Source of the DNA: Alphaproteobacteria bacterium
GTDB taxonomy: Bacteria; Pseudomonadota; Alphaproteobacteria; UBA828
DNA length: 64,000 nucleotides
Reading direction: 5' to 3'
NCBI GenBank assembly: GCA_963422645.2
Contig: CAXXVO010000005.1
Location: 1-64,000, forward strand
The notes beneath the pieces were generated by a model. The model was not told the origin of the DNA. It searched no databases and saw nothing but the letters and a program-made list of their open reading frames with translations. This document shows positions 39,552-49,446 of this stretch, piece after piece. Every line of letters begins with the position of its first letter. Within the stretch, counting starts at the first letter, position 1. Position numbers and translations under genes: made by a program.

Positions 39552-41246
39552 CTAAACGTAGTAGATGACCAGGCAGGCGCCAAGCAGCACCAGGATCCAG
39601 AGCGCGGCGGCACCGGTCGGCCAGGTGCGCGCCAGCACCCCGCCCGGCCTGTGCTGCTGCGCGACCAGGAAGAAGAGGCGATCGAGGTCGCGTGCGAATT
39701 GTTCCCGAACGAGCCCGGCGAGGACGGCCGCCGCACCCTCGACACGGCGCGCGGCGCCCGGCAGCAGGCGCCGGTAGAGCCAGTCGCTGTCGATGTTCAC
39801 CGAGCGCAGCTCGGGCGGATAGAGCCTGACCAGGTTGAGAAAGACGAAGGCCAAGGCAGAGAAGAACAGGAGCTGGACCTGCACGAGCACATGGCTGCCG
39901 GTGTAGGGCACATAGTCCACCGGGTAGGGCAGCAGCGAATAGAGCCACGCCGGATAGCAGCCGATGACGATGCAGAGGATCGCCGCCATCGCCATGGCGA
40001 TCCGCATGTTGAGCGGCGGCTCGCGGGTGCGGATGCCGCTGTCGTGGGCGAAGAAGGCGAAGTAGGGAATCTTGATGCCGGCATGGTGGAAGACGCCGGC
40101 GGAGGCGAAGAGCAGCAGGATCCAGACGATCCAGTAGCCCTCGGCCGCCGCCGCGCTCATCACCATCGACTTGCTGACGAAGCCCGAGAAGAGCGGGAAG
40201 GCGGAGATCGACGCCGCGCCCACGATGCAAAGCCCGGTCGTCTGCGGCATCGACTTGTAGAGCCCGCCAAGCTCCGAGCCGTTGATCTTGCCGGTCTGGT
40301 GCAGCACCGCGCCCATCGACATGAGCAGCAAGCCCTTGAAGATCACGTCGTTGAAAGCGTGGGAGACGGCGCCGTTGAGCGCGAGCGACGTACCGATGCC
40401 GATGCCCACCACCATGAAGCCGATCTGGTTTATCATGCTGTAGGCGAGCACGCGGCGGAGGTCGTTCTCGATCACGGCATAGAAGATGGGGAACGCGGTC
40501 ATCGCCGTGCCGATGGGGATCAGCACCTCGGTGCCGGCATAGCCGCGCGCGAGCGCGTAGACAGCGAGCTTGGTCGTGAACGCGCTGAGAAACACCATGC
40601 CGGTCGGCGTCGATTCAGGGTACGCGTCGGTGAGCCAGGTGTGCACCAGCGGGAAGCCGCACTTGATCCCGAAGGCGACGAAGATCAGCACGCCGCCAAG
40701 GCTGTCGATCCCGATATGCCCGAAAGCGCTGGAGCCGGTGGCGCCGATCACGATGATCGCGCCGCCCAGCAGCAGGAGGCCGGAGACCAGCTGGAACACC
40801 AGGTAGCGCATGGCGGCGCGCACCGCCCGGGGCTCGCGCCGGGCGAGGATCAGCAGCACCGAGCCGAGCGTCGCCCCCTCCCAGAAGATGACCAGGCTGA
40901 TGAGGTCGCCGGTGAACACCGCGCCGAGCGCGGAGCCCGCGTAGAGCAGCATGCCGGCCTGCTGCAGGCGGTCCCGCACGTGGAAGGCGAAGATCGCACC
41001 GAGGAATGCCGCGATATGGAAGAGGAGGCCGAAGAGCAGGCTGAGCAAATCGGCGCGCAGCAGGGTGAGCCGCGTGTCGAGCAGGGGGACCTCGAGCCCG
41101 CCTGCGCCGTTCCACACGAACCAGAGATTGATCCCGCCGAGCAAGGGGACGGCAGGCAGCAGGAGACGGCGCACGCCCACCGGCAGCAGCAGGACGAGCA
41201 CTGCTGCGACGAGGAAGATAAAGGCGGGCGGAATGCTACTCGTCAT
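39552..41246 (-). CDS. Mrp-type Na+/H+ antiporter subunit D-like
   Basis: Multi-TM protein; HTWLTDAYPE, LSAFTTK, LAYS, FPLFSGFVSK. Confidence 0.88.
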   Translation of the reverse strand: MTSSIPPAFIFLVAAVLVLLLPVGVRRLLLPAVPLLGGINLWFVWNGAGGLEVPLLDTRLTLLRADLLSLLFGLLFHIAAFLGAIFAFHVRDRLQQAGMLLYAGSALGAVFTGDLISLVIFWEGATLGSVLLILARREPRAVRAAMRYLVFQLVSGLLLLGGAIIVIGATGSSAFGHIGIDSLGGVLIFVAFGIKCGFPLVHTWLTDAYPESTPTGMVFLSAFTTKLAVYALARGYAGTEVLIPIGTAMTAFPIFYAVIENDLRRVLAYSMINQIGFMVVGIGIGTSLALNGAVSHAFNDVIFKGLLLMSMGAVLHQTGKINGSELGGLYKSMPQTTGLCIVGAASISAFPLFSGFVSKSMVMSAAAAEGYWIVWILLLFASAGVFHHAGIKIPYFAFFAHDSGIRTREPPLNMRIAMAMAAILCIVIGCYPAWLYSLLPYPVDYVPYTGSHVLVQVQLLFFSALAFVFLNLVRLYPPELRSVNIDSDWLYRRLLPGAARRVEGAAAVLAGLVREQFARDLDRLFFLVAQQHRPGGVLARTWPTGAAALWILVLLGACLVIYYV

Positions 41247-41478
41247 AGTGGTCCTCGCGCCGCATCACGAGCTTGCGCAGCTCCTTCGCGGCGAGAACGA
41301 GAACGACGCAGGCGATGAAGCCGAAGAAACCGTAGAAGCCGAACCAGCCCTCCCAGAAGAACTCCTCGTGCCGGTGGAAGCCCGCGTCGATCACCAGCAC
41401 GCCGACGCAGAGCGCCGCGAAGAGCCAGATGAGCCGCATCACGTTGCGGCGTTCGTCGAGCCAATATTTCTTCTTCAT
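41236..41478 (-). CDS. small 2-TM protein in the Mrp cluster
   Basis: 80 aa, GFYGFFGFIACVVLV..R.EDHY; overlaps the next gene. Confidence 0.75.
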   Translation of the reverse strand: MKKKYWLDERRNVMRLIWLFAALCVGVLVIDAGFHRHEEFFWEGWFGFYGFFGFIACVVLVLAAKELRKLVMRREDHYDE

Positions 41479-41487
41479 GGCAATGCC

Positions 41488-42951
41488 TTAGCGGATAGCC
41501 CCAAGCGGCTCCACGAGCGTGAGCAGGGCCTGCGGGTAGAAGAAGAGCGCGGCCGTGCCGAGCGCCGCCACCAGGGTCGCCGCGAGGATCGGCCAGGGTG
41601 CTTCGGCGCGGCCGGGCGCCACCGGCAAGCCCGAGGCCGGGAAGAAGGCGCGGACGAGAATGGGCACGAAGTAGAGCGCGTTCAGCAAGGAGCTGCCGAG
41701 CAGTACTGCGATCACGGCGATGTGGCTGCCTTCGTCGGCGCCCGCCACCAGGTACCACTTGCTCCAAAGCGCGGCGAAGGGCGGCAGCCCGATCAGGCCG
41801 AGCGCGCCCACGGCGAACGCGCCCATGGTCACGGGCATGCGGTAGCCGATGCCGTCGAGCTCGCTCACCAGCCGCTTGTGGGCCGCGGTGTAGATCGCGC
41901 CCGCGCAGAAGAAGAGCGTGATCTTGCCGAAGGCGTGGGTGGCGATGTGCATGGCGCCGCCGACGACGCCGGCGCTGGTTGCGAGCGCGCCTCCCAGCAC
42001 CACGTAGGAGAGCTGGCTCACGGTCGAATAGGCGAGGCGGCGCTTCAGATCGTCCTGACGCAGCGCGATCAGCGAGGCGATCACGATGGTCGCGGATGCG
42101 ACCGCGATGAGCCATTCGCTGCCCGCCATCGCGCGCAGGAAGTCGATGCCGAAGATGTAGACAATAACCTTGAGCACCGTGAAGACGCCGGCCTTCACCA
42201 CCGCGACGGCGTGCAGGAGCGCGCTCACCGGTGTCGGCGCCACCATCGCCGCCGGCAGCCAGCCGTGGAGCGGCATGAGCGCCGCCTTGCCGATGCCGAA
42301 CATGTAGAGAACCAGCAGAACGGCGGCGGTGCGCTCGCTGACCGCGCCGGCGAGAATCCCGCCCATCTGGAAATCGAGCGTCCCCGCCTCCACCCAGGTC
42401 CAGAGGATCGCAAAGAGCTGCAGAACGATCGAGGTGGAGAGCAGGATGCCGAGATAGGTCCTGCCGGCGCGGCGTGCCTCCTCGGTACCGCTATGGGTTA
42501 CCAGCGGATAGGTGGAAAGCGTCAGCGCCTCGTAGAAGAGGAAGAGCGTGAACATGTTGCCAGCGAAGGCGATGCCGATGGCGCTCGCGAGCGCGGCCGC
42601 GAAGCAGACGTAGTAGCGGGTGCGGTGCTCCTCCTGGTTGGCGCGGACGTAGCCGATGGAATAGACCGTCGTCGCGATCCAGAGAAACGACGCGATCAGC
42701 GCGAAGAGCATGCCGAGGGGCTCGAGCGCAAACGCGATGGGGAGCCCCGGCACGATGTCGAAGAGCGCGACCCGGGGCGCGCCGCCCGCCGCAACCGCCG
42801 GTGCGAGAGAAAGGACAAGGCCGAAGAGCGCGACGGCGGTGACGACGGAGACCGCTTCCTGCAGCACAGGCCACCGCGCGGTCGCCCAGATCAGGAACGC
42901 GCCTGCGATTGGCACCGCGAGCGCCGCCAGGATTTGCGCGGCGTGGCTCAT
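41488..42951 (-). CDS. Mrp antiporter subunit D/A-like
   Basis: HGWLPAAMVAPTPVSALLHAVAVVKAG, LAYSTVSQL. Confidence 0.88.
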   Translation of the reverse strand: MSHAAQILAALAVPIAGAFLIWATARWPVLQEAVSVVTAVALFGLVLSLAPAVAAGGAPRVALFDIVPGLPIAFALEPLGMLFALIASFLWIATTVYSIGYVRANQEEHRTRYYVCFAAALASAIGIAFAGNMFTLFLFYEALTLSTYPLVTHSGTEEARRAGRTYLGILLSTSIVLQLFAILWTWVEAGTLDFQMGGILAGAVSERTAAVLLVLYMFGIGKAALMPLHGWLPAAMVAPTPVSALLHAVAVVKAGVFTVLKVIVYIFGIDFLRAMAGSEWLIAVASATIVIASLIALRQDDLKRRLAYSTVSQLSYVVLGGALATSAGVVGGAMHIATHAFGKITLFFCAGAIYTAAHKRLVSELDGIGYRMPVTMGAFAVGALGLIGLPPFAALWSKWYLVAGADEGSHIAVIAVLLGSSLLNALYFVPILVRAFFPASGLPVAPGRAEAPWPILAATLVAALGTAALFFYPQALLTLVEPLGAIR

Positions 42952-44429
42952 GGCTCGCCCGCCAGAAGCACCGCCGCCGCGCGCCCGGCAATGCCGACGG
43001 TGAGGTCCGTGTGGAGCCCGAAATAGACCGAGCCCGCGATCAAGGCCCAGGTCGAGAGCTGCATGGGCCAGGGCGCCTCTTTCACCGGCTCGCTATCCGG
43101 CGGCGGCGGGCGGAAGTACGCGGCCTCGATCACGCGGCCCACGTAGGCGAGCGCGATCAGCGAGCCGGCGAGCACGAAGAGCGCCACCGGCCAGAAATCC
43201 TGCTCGAAGGCCGCCTGCACCAGATACCACTTGCTCACGAAGCCGGAGGTGATGGGCACGCCGACCAGGCCGAGGCCGCCGATCACGACCGCCGCCATGG
43301 TGAAGGGCATGCGCCGGCCGAGGCCGTGCAGGGCGCTCAGATCGGTCGCGCCCAGGCGATAGGCGATGGCGCCGGCGGCGAGGAAGAGGCCGCCCTTCAT
43401 CAGCGCGTGGTTGAAGATGTGGACCAGGGCGCCGGTCACGCCGGTGACCGAAGCGAGCCCGATGCCGACGCCGAGATAGCCGATCTGGCCCACGCTGGAG
43501 AACGCCAGCAGGCGCTTGAGATCGCTCTGGAAGACGGCGACGAGCGAGCCCGCCAGCACGGCAATGAGCGAGAGCGCGAGCAGGATCTCCGTCAGCGGCA
43601 GGGTCTCGAAGGCGAAATGAATGCCGAACACGGTGAAGACGAAGCGGAGCAGCATGTAGGCGCCGACCTTGGTCGCGGTCGCAGCAAGGAAGGCGCTCAC
43701 CATCGAGGGCGCATACGCATAGGCGTTGGGCAGCCACATGTGGAAGGGGAAGAGCGCGAGCTTGATCAGCACGCCCACGGTGATGAAGGCGAAGGCCGTA
43801 AGTATCGCCGGGGTCTCTCCGAGCGCCGGGACGCGCTCGGCAAGGTCCGCGATGTTGAGGGTTCCGGTCTTGGCGTAGAGGAAGCCGATCCCGACCAGGA
43901 TCAGCGCGGCCCCGATCGTGCCGATGATGAGGTATTGGTAGGAGGCCGTGAGCGCCCGCCTGTGCTTCCCTTGTGCGATGAGCACGTAGCTCGCGAGCGA
44001 GGAGATTTCGAGAAAGACATAGATGTTGAAGGCGTCGCCGGTCGCGGTGATGCCGAGCAGGCCGGTGAGCGCGAGCAGGAAGATCGCGTAGAAGAGATGC
44101 CGCCGCTCGGGCCGGACCTCCTGTTCCACGCTCGCCCGCGCGTAGGGCATCATGAGCGCAGCGGTGCCCGCGATGATCAGCAGGACGAAGGCGTTGACCC
44201 CGTCCAGCCGGTACTCGATGCCGATGGGCGGCGCCCAGCCGCCGAGGCGGTAGGAAATCGGGCCGCTGCTCATGACCTGCTCGAGCAGCAGCGCCGCGAT
44301 CGCGAGCAGCCCCCAACAGACCACGGTGGTGAAACCCCAGGCGTAGGACCCGCGCCGCAGCAGCACGCAGACAGGCGCCGCGATCAGCGGCACCGCCACC
44401 TGGAGCACCGGCAGATGAGTCGCGATCAT
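42948..44429 (-). CDS. mrpD: Mrp antiporter subunit D
   Basis: FNIYVFLEI, HMWLPNAYAYAP, NHALMKG. Confidence 0.9.
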   Translation of the reverse strand: MIATHLPVLQVAVPLIAAPVCVLLRRGSYAWGFTTVVCWGLLAIAALLLEQVMSSGPISYRLGGWAPPIGIEYRLDGVNAFVLLIIAGTAALMMPYARASVEQEVRPERRHLFYAIFLLALTGLLGITATGDAFNIYVFLEISSLASYVLIAQGKHRRALTASYQYLIIGTIGAALILVGIGFLYAKTGTLNIADLAERVPALGETPAILTAFAFITVGVLIKLALFPFHMWLPNAYAYAPSMVSAFLAATATKVGAYMLLRFVFTVFGIHFAFETLPLTEILLALSLIAVLAGSLVAVFQSDLKRLLAFSSVGQIGYLGVGIGLASVTGVTGALVHIFNHALMKGGLFLAAGAIAYRLGATDLSALHGLGRRMPFTMAAVVIGGLGLVGVPITSGFVSKWYLVQAAFEQDFWPVALFVLAGSLIALAYVGRVIEAAYFRPPPPDSEPVKEAPWPMQLSTWALIAGSVYFGLHTDLTVGIAGRAAAVLLAGEP

Positions 44430-44794
44430 CGCCGATCCTGCTCGTCGATCTCGTCCTCTTCGACGGTCCCGTAGTCGCGCTTGATCGCCACGGTGAGCGC
44501 GAGCCCGACCGCGAGAGTCGAGACGGCAACGACGATCGCCGTGAGGATCAGCACGTGGGGGAGCGGGTTGGAGTAGACCGCGTGGCCGGCGTCGATGATC
44601 GGCGCGGTGCCGCCCTCGACCTTCCCCGCCGTGATGTAGATCAGGAAGATCGCCGACTGGAAAATGCCGAGGCCGATCAGCTTCTTGATCAGGTTGGAGG
44701 GCGCAATGACAGCGTAAAGCCCGATCATCGCCAGCACGATCGCGGCCCAGTAGTTGACGTGTGTGAGGGCCTCCACCTCAGCGCCACTCGGCAA
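44426..44794 (-). CDS. mrpC: Mrp antiporter subunit C
   Basis: NLIKKLIGL, NPLPHVLILTAIVV. Confidence 0.9.
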   Translation of the reverse strand: MPSGAEVEALTHVNYWAAIVLAMIGLYAVIAPSNLIKKLIGLGIFQSAIFLIYITAGKVEGGTAPIIDAGHAVYSNPLPHVLILTAIVVAVSTLAVGLALTVAIKRDYGTVEEDEIDEQDRR

Positions 44795-45191
44795 GAGCGC
44801 AGAAGATGATGGTCATCACGGCGGCGACCGCGACGCCGACACCGATCTCGATGATGATGATTCCGACGTGGTTGCCATGCGTGGCGTCAGCGCTAAGCGC
44901 GCCGTATTCCAGGAAGCTCCCGCCGCCGATCATGCTGGCCACGCCGACGCCGGCATAGAGCAGCACACCGAGACAGGCGAGCACCGCCAGCAGACGCGGC
45001 GGCGCCACGCTGCGCACCGCCTCGGTCCCGAAGACGAGACCGTAGAGGATAAGACCCGAGGCGAAGATCACGCCAGCCTGAAAGCCGCCGCCCGGCCCGT
45101 AGTCGCCGTGCATCTGGACGTAGAGGGCGAAGAGCAGGATCGGCGGGATCAGCAGCTTCGAGACCACGCGCAGGACCAGATGCTCGGTCAT
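44778..45191 (-). CDS. mrpB: Mrp antiporter subunit B
   Basis: HGDYGPGGGFQAG, EIGVG. Confidence 0.9.
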   Translation of the reverse strand: MTEHLVLRVVSKLLIPPILLFALYVQMHGDYGPGGGFQAGVIFASGLILYGLVFGTEAVRSVAPPRLLAVLACLGVLLYAGVGVASMIGGGSFLEYGALSADATHGNHVGIIIIEIGVGVAVAAVMTIIFCALAEWR

Positions 45192-45769
45192 TCGCGGTCC
45201 CTCTCGCCTGGCCGGCGGCGGCGCGTGATGCCCAGCATCAGCAGAACCCCGATGCCTGCGGTGAAGATCACCGTGACCTCGCCCAGGGTGTCGAAGCCCC
45301 GGTAGGAGGCCAGCACCGCAGTGACGATGTTGGGGACGCCGGTCTCTGCCTCGCCCTGCTCGATATAGTGGGGCCCGACGTGCTGTTGCGCGGGCGCTTG
45401 CGGGTCGCCGAAGGCCGGCAGGTCGAGCGTGCCGTAAATCAGCAGCCCGCCGACCGCGAGCGAGGCCAGGATCGGGAGCCACGGCCTGCGGTGCGCGATC
45501 TTCTCGTGCCGGCCGGTGGCGGCGATAGCGAGCAGCATGAAGACGGTGGTCACGCCGGCGCCGACGGCGGCCTCGGTAAAGGCCACGTCGACCGCGTCGA
45601 GCACGACCCAGAGCAAGGCCATGACCAGGCTGTAGATGCCGAGCACGAGCGCGGCCGCCAGCAGATTGTGCATCGAGACCACGATGAGCGCCGCCGCGAC
45701 CAGCAGGGCCAGGAGCAGGATATCGACGTAGATAACTATGGCGCCGGGTCCTTGGGCTTGCGGGTCCAC
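45188..45769 (-). CDS. DUF4040/MrpA-C-terminal-like antiporter subunit
   Basis: DVAFTEAAVGAG, NIVTAVLASYRGFDTLGE; start uncertain. Confidence 0.85.
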   Translation of the reverse strand: MDPQAQGPGAIVIYVDILLLALLVAAALIVVSMHNLLAAALVLGIYSLVMALLWVVLDAVDVAFTEAAVGAGVTTVFMLLAIAATGRHEKIAHRRPWLPILASLAVGGLLIYGTLDLPAFGDPQAPAQQHVGPHYIEQGEAETGVPNIVTAVLASYRGFDTLGEVTVIFTAGIGVLLMLGITRRRRPGERDRE

Positions 45770-46053
45770 GGCCGGACCCCGTCGAGCAGCGCCGCGTGGG
45801 CGAGCGCATGCGCGGCGGTCGGCCCGGTGAACACCAGGAACACGAAGATCAGCACGAGCTTGAACGAGGTGAGAGAGAGCCCGGCCTGCAACATGAGGCC
45901 CAGCAAGATGAAGCCCGCACCGGCAGTATCGGCCACGCTCGCCGCATGAAGCCGCGTGAACAAGTCCGGCATGCGGACCAGCCCGAGCCCGCCCACTATG
46001 ACGAAGGCCGCGCCGATGCCGATGCTGATCCAGCTCAGGATATCGACGATCAC
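45736..46053 (-). CDS. mrpG: Mrp antiporter subunit G
   Basis: GLVRMPDLFTRLHAA, PTAAHAL. Confidence 0.9.
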   Translation of the reverse strand: MIVDILSWISIGIGAAFVIVGGLGLVRMPDLFTRLHAASVADTAGAGFILLGLMLQAGLSLTSFKLVLIFVFLVFTGPTAAHALAHAALLDGVRPWTRKPKDPAP

Positions 46054-46325
46054 GGCGCCTCCTCGGCGTCGCGTGCGCGCCGGCGCTTGATGTAGCGGAG
46101 AACGGCGATGGTGCCGATGAAGTTGATCAGCGCGTAGACCAGCGCGATGTCGAGAAAGTCCGGGCGCTCCATGAGGAAGCCCACGGCCGCGATCAGCAGC
46201 ACGGTCATGGTCCCGATCGCGTTCACGCTGAGCACGCGGTCGTAGAGCGTCGGCCCCAGGTACGCGCGGATCAGCGCGAGAATGACTGTCACGACCAGTG
46301 CCGCGACGGCGGCGAGGAACATCAT
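46050..46325 (-). CDS. mrpF: Mrp antiporter subunit F
   Basis: GPTLYDR, DIALVYALINFIGT. Confidence 0.9.
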   Translation of the reverse strand: MMFLAAVAALVVTVILALIRAYLGPTLYDRVLSVNAIGTMTVLLIAAVGFLMERPDFLDIALVYALINFIGTIAVLRYIKRRRARDAEEAP

Positions 46326-46798
46326 GTCCGGCCCTCGACCGCGCTGACGCGGCGGTCCATGTCGCCGGTCTTCAGCTCGTTCATGCCCTGCCGGGTGAGC
46401 GCGTGGACCTCGATGCCGTCCGCCGTCACCGACGTGGTGAGCGTGCCGGGCGTCAGCGTGATCGAGTTTGCGAAGATCACCTTGCCGAGGTCGGACTTTT
46501 GGCTCGACGGCACCGTCTCCAGCACTGGGTCGATGCGCGGGCGGGGCGACAGCACGATGCGGGTGACGGCGAACGCCGAGAGCAGGATCTGGATCGTCAG
46601 CCAGCCCCAATAGAGCGGGATGCGCAAGCCGAGATGGATCGGGTGCCCCTCGTGGTCCACCACGTCCATGCGCATCGCCACCGCCACCGCGAAGGCCGTG
46701 CAGGCGGCACCGATCGCGAGCAGGAAGGGCGTGTAATGACCGGACAGTGCGAGCCAGAGCCCGTAGAGCACGGCGAACAGACTGAGCGCGTGACGCAC
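46322..46798 (-). CDS. mrpE: Mrp antiporter subunit E
   Basis: FANSITLTPGT, VHAL. Confidence 0.9.
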   Translation of the reverse strand: MRHALSLFAVLYGLWLALSGHYTPFLLAIGAACTAFAVAVAMRMDVVDHEGHPIHLGLRIPLYWGWLTIQILLSAFAVTRIVLSPRPRIDPVLETVPSSQKSDLGKVIFANSITLTPGTLTTSVTADGIEVHALTRQGMNELKTGDMDRRVSAVEGRT

Positions 46799-46912
46799 GC
46801 GAATCCCTCGTGCGGAGGCGGGAGCGCCCGGATTATGCCCCTCGCGCCGCGCCTCGCAACAAGGAAAGACCCCGACGAAGAGCCGCGCCCGCTGTTGGGA
46901 AAGCGGACGGGC

Positions 46913-47374
46913 TCATTCCAGCTCGCCGCCGCCTCCATTGGGCCGGCGCCGGCCCAGCCGCTCCTGATAGTCGTGGGATTGCCAGTTCGCGCGGAACAGC
47001 CATTGTTCCTCCGGCTGCCGTGCGGCCAGCTCCGGGTCGATTTCGACCTCGTCGAAGCCGCTTCGCCGGGCCATGGCGTATTGATCTGCGAGGATGCGGC
47101 CGGACGCGCGAAGCCGGCCGCGGTAGCCGAGCAGGCGCAGATGGCGGGCCAGCGAAAACCCCCGGCCGTCCATATGCGACGGAAAGGCAATGCGAATCAG
47201 CGCGATGCGCCCGAAGAGAGGCACGATGTCCTCGGCCGGCGCGGCGTTCTCGACATCGAGCGCGGCGCCGTCCGTCAGCGCGGATAGGTCGATGGCGCCG
47301 CTCCATGGGGTGAAGTCGCCCGACCGGTCGTCGTCGTGAAAGCCGGTATCGCGCACCAGCACGTTTCGACTCAC
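46913..47374 (-). CDS. DUF934 family protein
   Basis: IAFP...DGRGFSLAR.LR..GY.G.LRA.G....DQY....R.GFD; start could be 47428. Confidence 0.85.
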   Translation of the reverse strand: MSRNVLVRDTGFHDDDRSGDFTPWSGAIDLSALTDGAALDVENAAPAEDIVPLFGRIALIRIAFPSHMDGRGFSLARHLRLLGYRGRLRASGRILADQYAMARRSGFDEVEIDPELAARQPEEQWLFRANWQSHDYQERLGRRRPNGGGGELE

Positions 47375-47463
47375 GATGGCCTCACCCGCGTCCGAGCCAT
47401 CGTCCGCAGCGCGCGTCGGGGCAGGCATGGCAGTCTCTCCATCGAGCTCTTGCCGCGCCCGGG

Positions 47464-49140
47464 TCACAGCTCTGGCGCTCCGCCCCCGGCGATGTCGGCA
47501 TAGAGCGCGGCCTTGAAGGGCTGCATCCCGACCCGACGGTAGGTCTTGAGAAAGGTCTCGCCCTCGTCGGACCGGAGTTCGAGGTAAGTGCCGATCATTC
47601 GCTCGACGGCGCCAACGATCTCGCCTGCAGGAAATCCCGGTCCTGTGCGCTCGCCGAGAGCGGCGCTTTCGGTTCCGTCGCCGCCGAGCGTGATCTGGTA
47701 GTTCTCGGCGCCGGCGCGATCGAGCCCGAGAATCCCGATATGGCCGACATGATGGTGCCCGCACGCATTGACGCAGCCGGAGATCTTGATCTTGAGATCG
47801 CCGACCTCGCGTTCGGTGCCGAGCTCCTTCATGCGCTCGGCAATGCCCTGGGCGATCGGAATTGAGCGCGCGGTCGCCAGGTTGCAGTAGTCCATCCCCG
47901 GGCAGGCGATGATGTCGGACGCCAGACCGACGTTGGCGGTGGCCAGTCCCTCCTGCCGCAGCGCGTCGTGAACAGCGGGCACATCGCCCCTGTGCACATG
48001 GGGAAGTATGCAGTTCTGTTCGTGGCTGATCCGAATCTCGTCGTGCCCGTAGCGCTCCGCCAGATCGGCGATGACGCGCATCTGGCCTGCCGTCGCATCT
48101 CCCGGGGTCGCGCCATGGGCCTTGAGCGAGATGGTGACGATCGCGTAGCCGGGAGCCTTGTGCGGGTGGAGATTGGTATCCGCGAAGGCGCGGAACGCCG
48201 GATCGCTCTCCAGAGCCGTCTCGAACGCGCCGGTCGGGGCCTCTTGGTACTCGGGCGCCGGGAACATCGCGCGGATGTCCCGCAAAAGTGTCCGGTCCGC
48301 GCCGCTGAAGGTCTTGCGCTGAATCCGGAAGCGCTCCTCGACACCTTGGCGGAAAGCATCGAGCCCGAGCTCGCGCACCGTGATCTTGATGCGCGCCTTG
48401 TACTTGTTATCGCGGCGCCCGTGGGTGTTGTAGATCTGCAGGATGGCCTCGACGTAGGGAAGCAGGTCGGCCTCGGGCAGGAAGTCGCGAATCACCGATC
48501 CGATGACCGGCGTGCGGCCGAGCCCGCCGCCGACGGAGACCCGGTAACCAACCTCTCCAGCTGCATTGCGAACCAGGCACAGGCCGATGTCGTGGGCACG
48601 GGTGACGGCGCGGTCGACCGGCGAGCCGCTCACCGCGATCTTGAACTTGCGCGGCAGGAAGGCGAATTCGGGATGGTCCGTCGACCACTGCCTGAGCAGT
48701 TCCGCACTCGGGCGCGGATCGCAGACTTCGTCGGCGGCCGCGCCTGCGAAGTGGTCGGCCGTGACATTGCGCACGCAGTTCCCCGATGTCTGGATCGCGT
48801 GCATGTCCACATCGGCCAGGGCGTCGAGGATGTCCGGCACATCCTTCAGCTTCGGCCAGTTGAACTGCACGTTCTGCCGCGTCGTGAAGTGCCCGTAGCC
48901 CTTGTCCCAGCGCTCCGCGATGCGGGCCAGCTGCCGCATCTGGCGACTGTCGAGCGTCCCGTAGGGGATTGCGACCCGGAGCATGTAGGCGTGCAGCTGC
49001 AGGTAGAGCCCGTTCATCAGCCGCAGGGGCTTGAACTCCTCTTCGCTCAGGGAGCCGTCGAGCCGCCGGGCGACCTGCCGGCGGAATTGTTCGACACGGG
49101 TTCGCACGAACTCTCGGTCGAAGGAATCGTATCGATACAC
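47464..49140 (-). CDS. cysI: sulfite reductase hemoprotein
   Basis: NGLYLQLHAYMLR, TTRQN, SGNCVRN, LPRKFK, ACPG.DYC.LA, SGC.NACGHH. Confidence 0.92.
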   Translation of the reverse strand: MYRYDSFDREFVRTRVEQFRRQVARRLDGSLSEEEFKPLRLMNGLYLQLHAYMLRVAIPYGTLDSRQMRQLARIAERWDKGYGHFTTRQNVQFNWPKLKDVPDILDALADVDMHAIQTSGNCVRNVTADHFAGAAADEVCDPRPSAELLRQWSTDHPEFAFLPRKFKIAVSGSPVDRAVTRAHDIGLCLVRNAAGEVGYRVSVGGGLGRTPVIGSVIRDFLPEADLLPYVEAILQIYNTHGRRDNKYKARIKITVRELGLDAFRQGVEERFRIQRKTFSGADRTLLRDIRAMFPAPEYQEAPTGAFETALESDPAFRAFADTNLHPHKAPGYAIVTISLKAHGATPGDATAGQMRVIADLAERYGHDEIRISHEQNCILPHVHRGDVPAVHDALRQEGLATANVGLASDIIACPGMDYCNLATARSIPIAQGIAERMKELGTEREVGDLKIKISGCVNACGHHHVGHIGILGLDRAGAENYQITLGGDGTESAALGERTGPGFPAGEIVGAVERMIGTYLELRSDEGETFLKTYRRVGMQPFKAALYADIAGGGAPEL

Positions 49141-49143
49141 GGT

Positions 49144-49446
49144 TCAGTTCCCTGCCTGCTTGCCATGTCGGTAGTTGGAGGGGCCAAGGGCGCGGAAGGC
49201 CTCGCGAAAGTGAGCCGGCTGCAGGCCACCGTCCCTGTCCGGCATGGCAGCCGCCAGGTACGGCTCAACGATTGCGCCCTGTTGCGATTCCGCCTCGGCA
49301 AGGCTGCGATTGGCTTCCGCCTCGTCCACGAAGAGGCGTGCCGAGACGAGATGGCGCGTCCAGGCTCCGTCCGGGGCGAGGTAGACGACGTCCCCCTCCA
49401 GGAGATCGTTCGCGGTCAGCACGCAAGGGGCAAAGGAAGGTGCCAT
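49144..49446 (-). CDS. DUF2849 family protein
   Basis: VLTANDLLEGDVVYL..HFREAFRALGPS; lies between cysG and cysI. Confidence 0.85.
   Translation of the reverse strand: MAPSFAPCVLTANDLLEGDVVYLAPDGAWTRHLVSARLFVDEAEANRSLAEAESQQGAIVEPYLAAAMPDRDGGLQPAHFREAFRALGPSNYRHGKQAGN

Noticed and set aside
39552-46798. Mrp cluster lacking a canonical mrpA as a novelty
   Set aside because: Clusters with split A/B subunits and several D-like genes in E-F-G-B-C-D order are a known Mrp variant.
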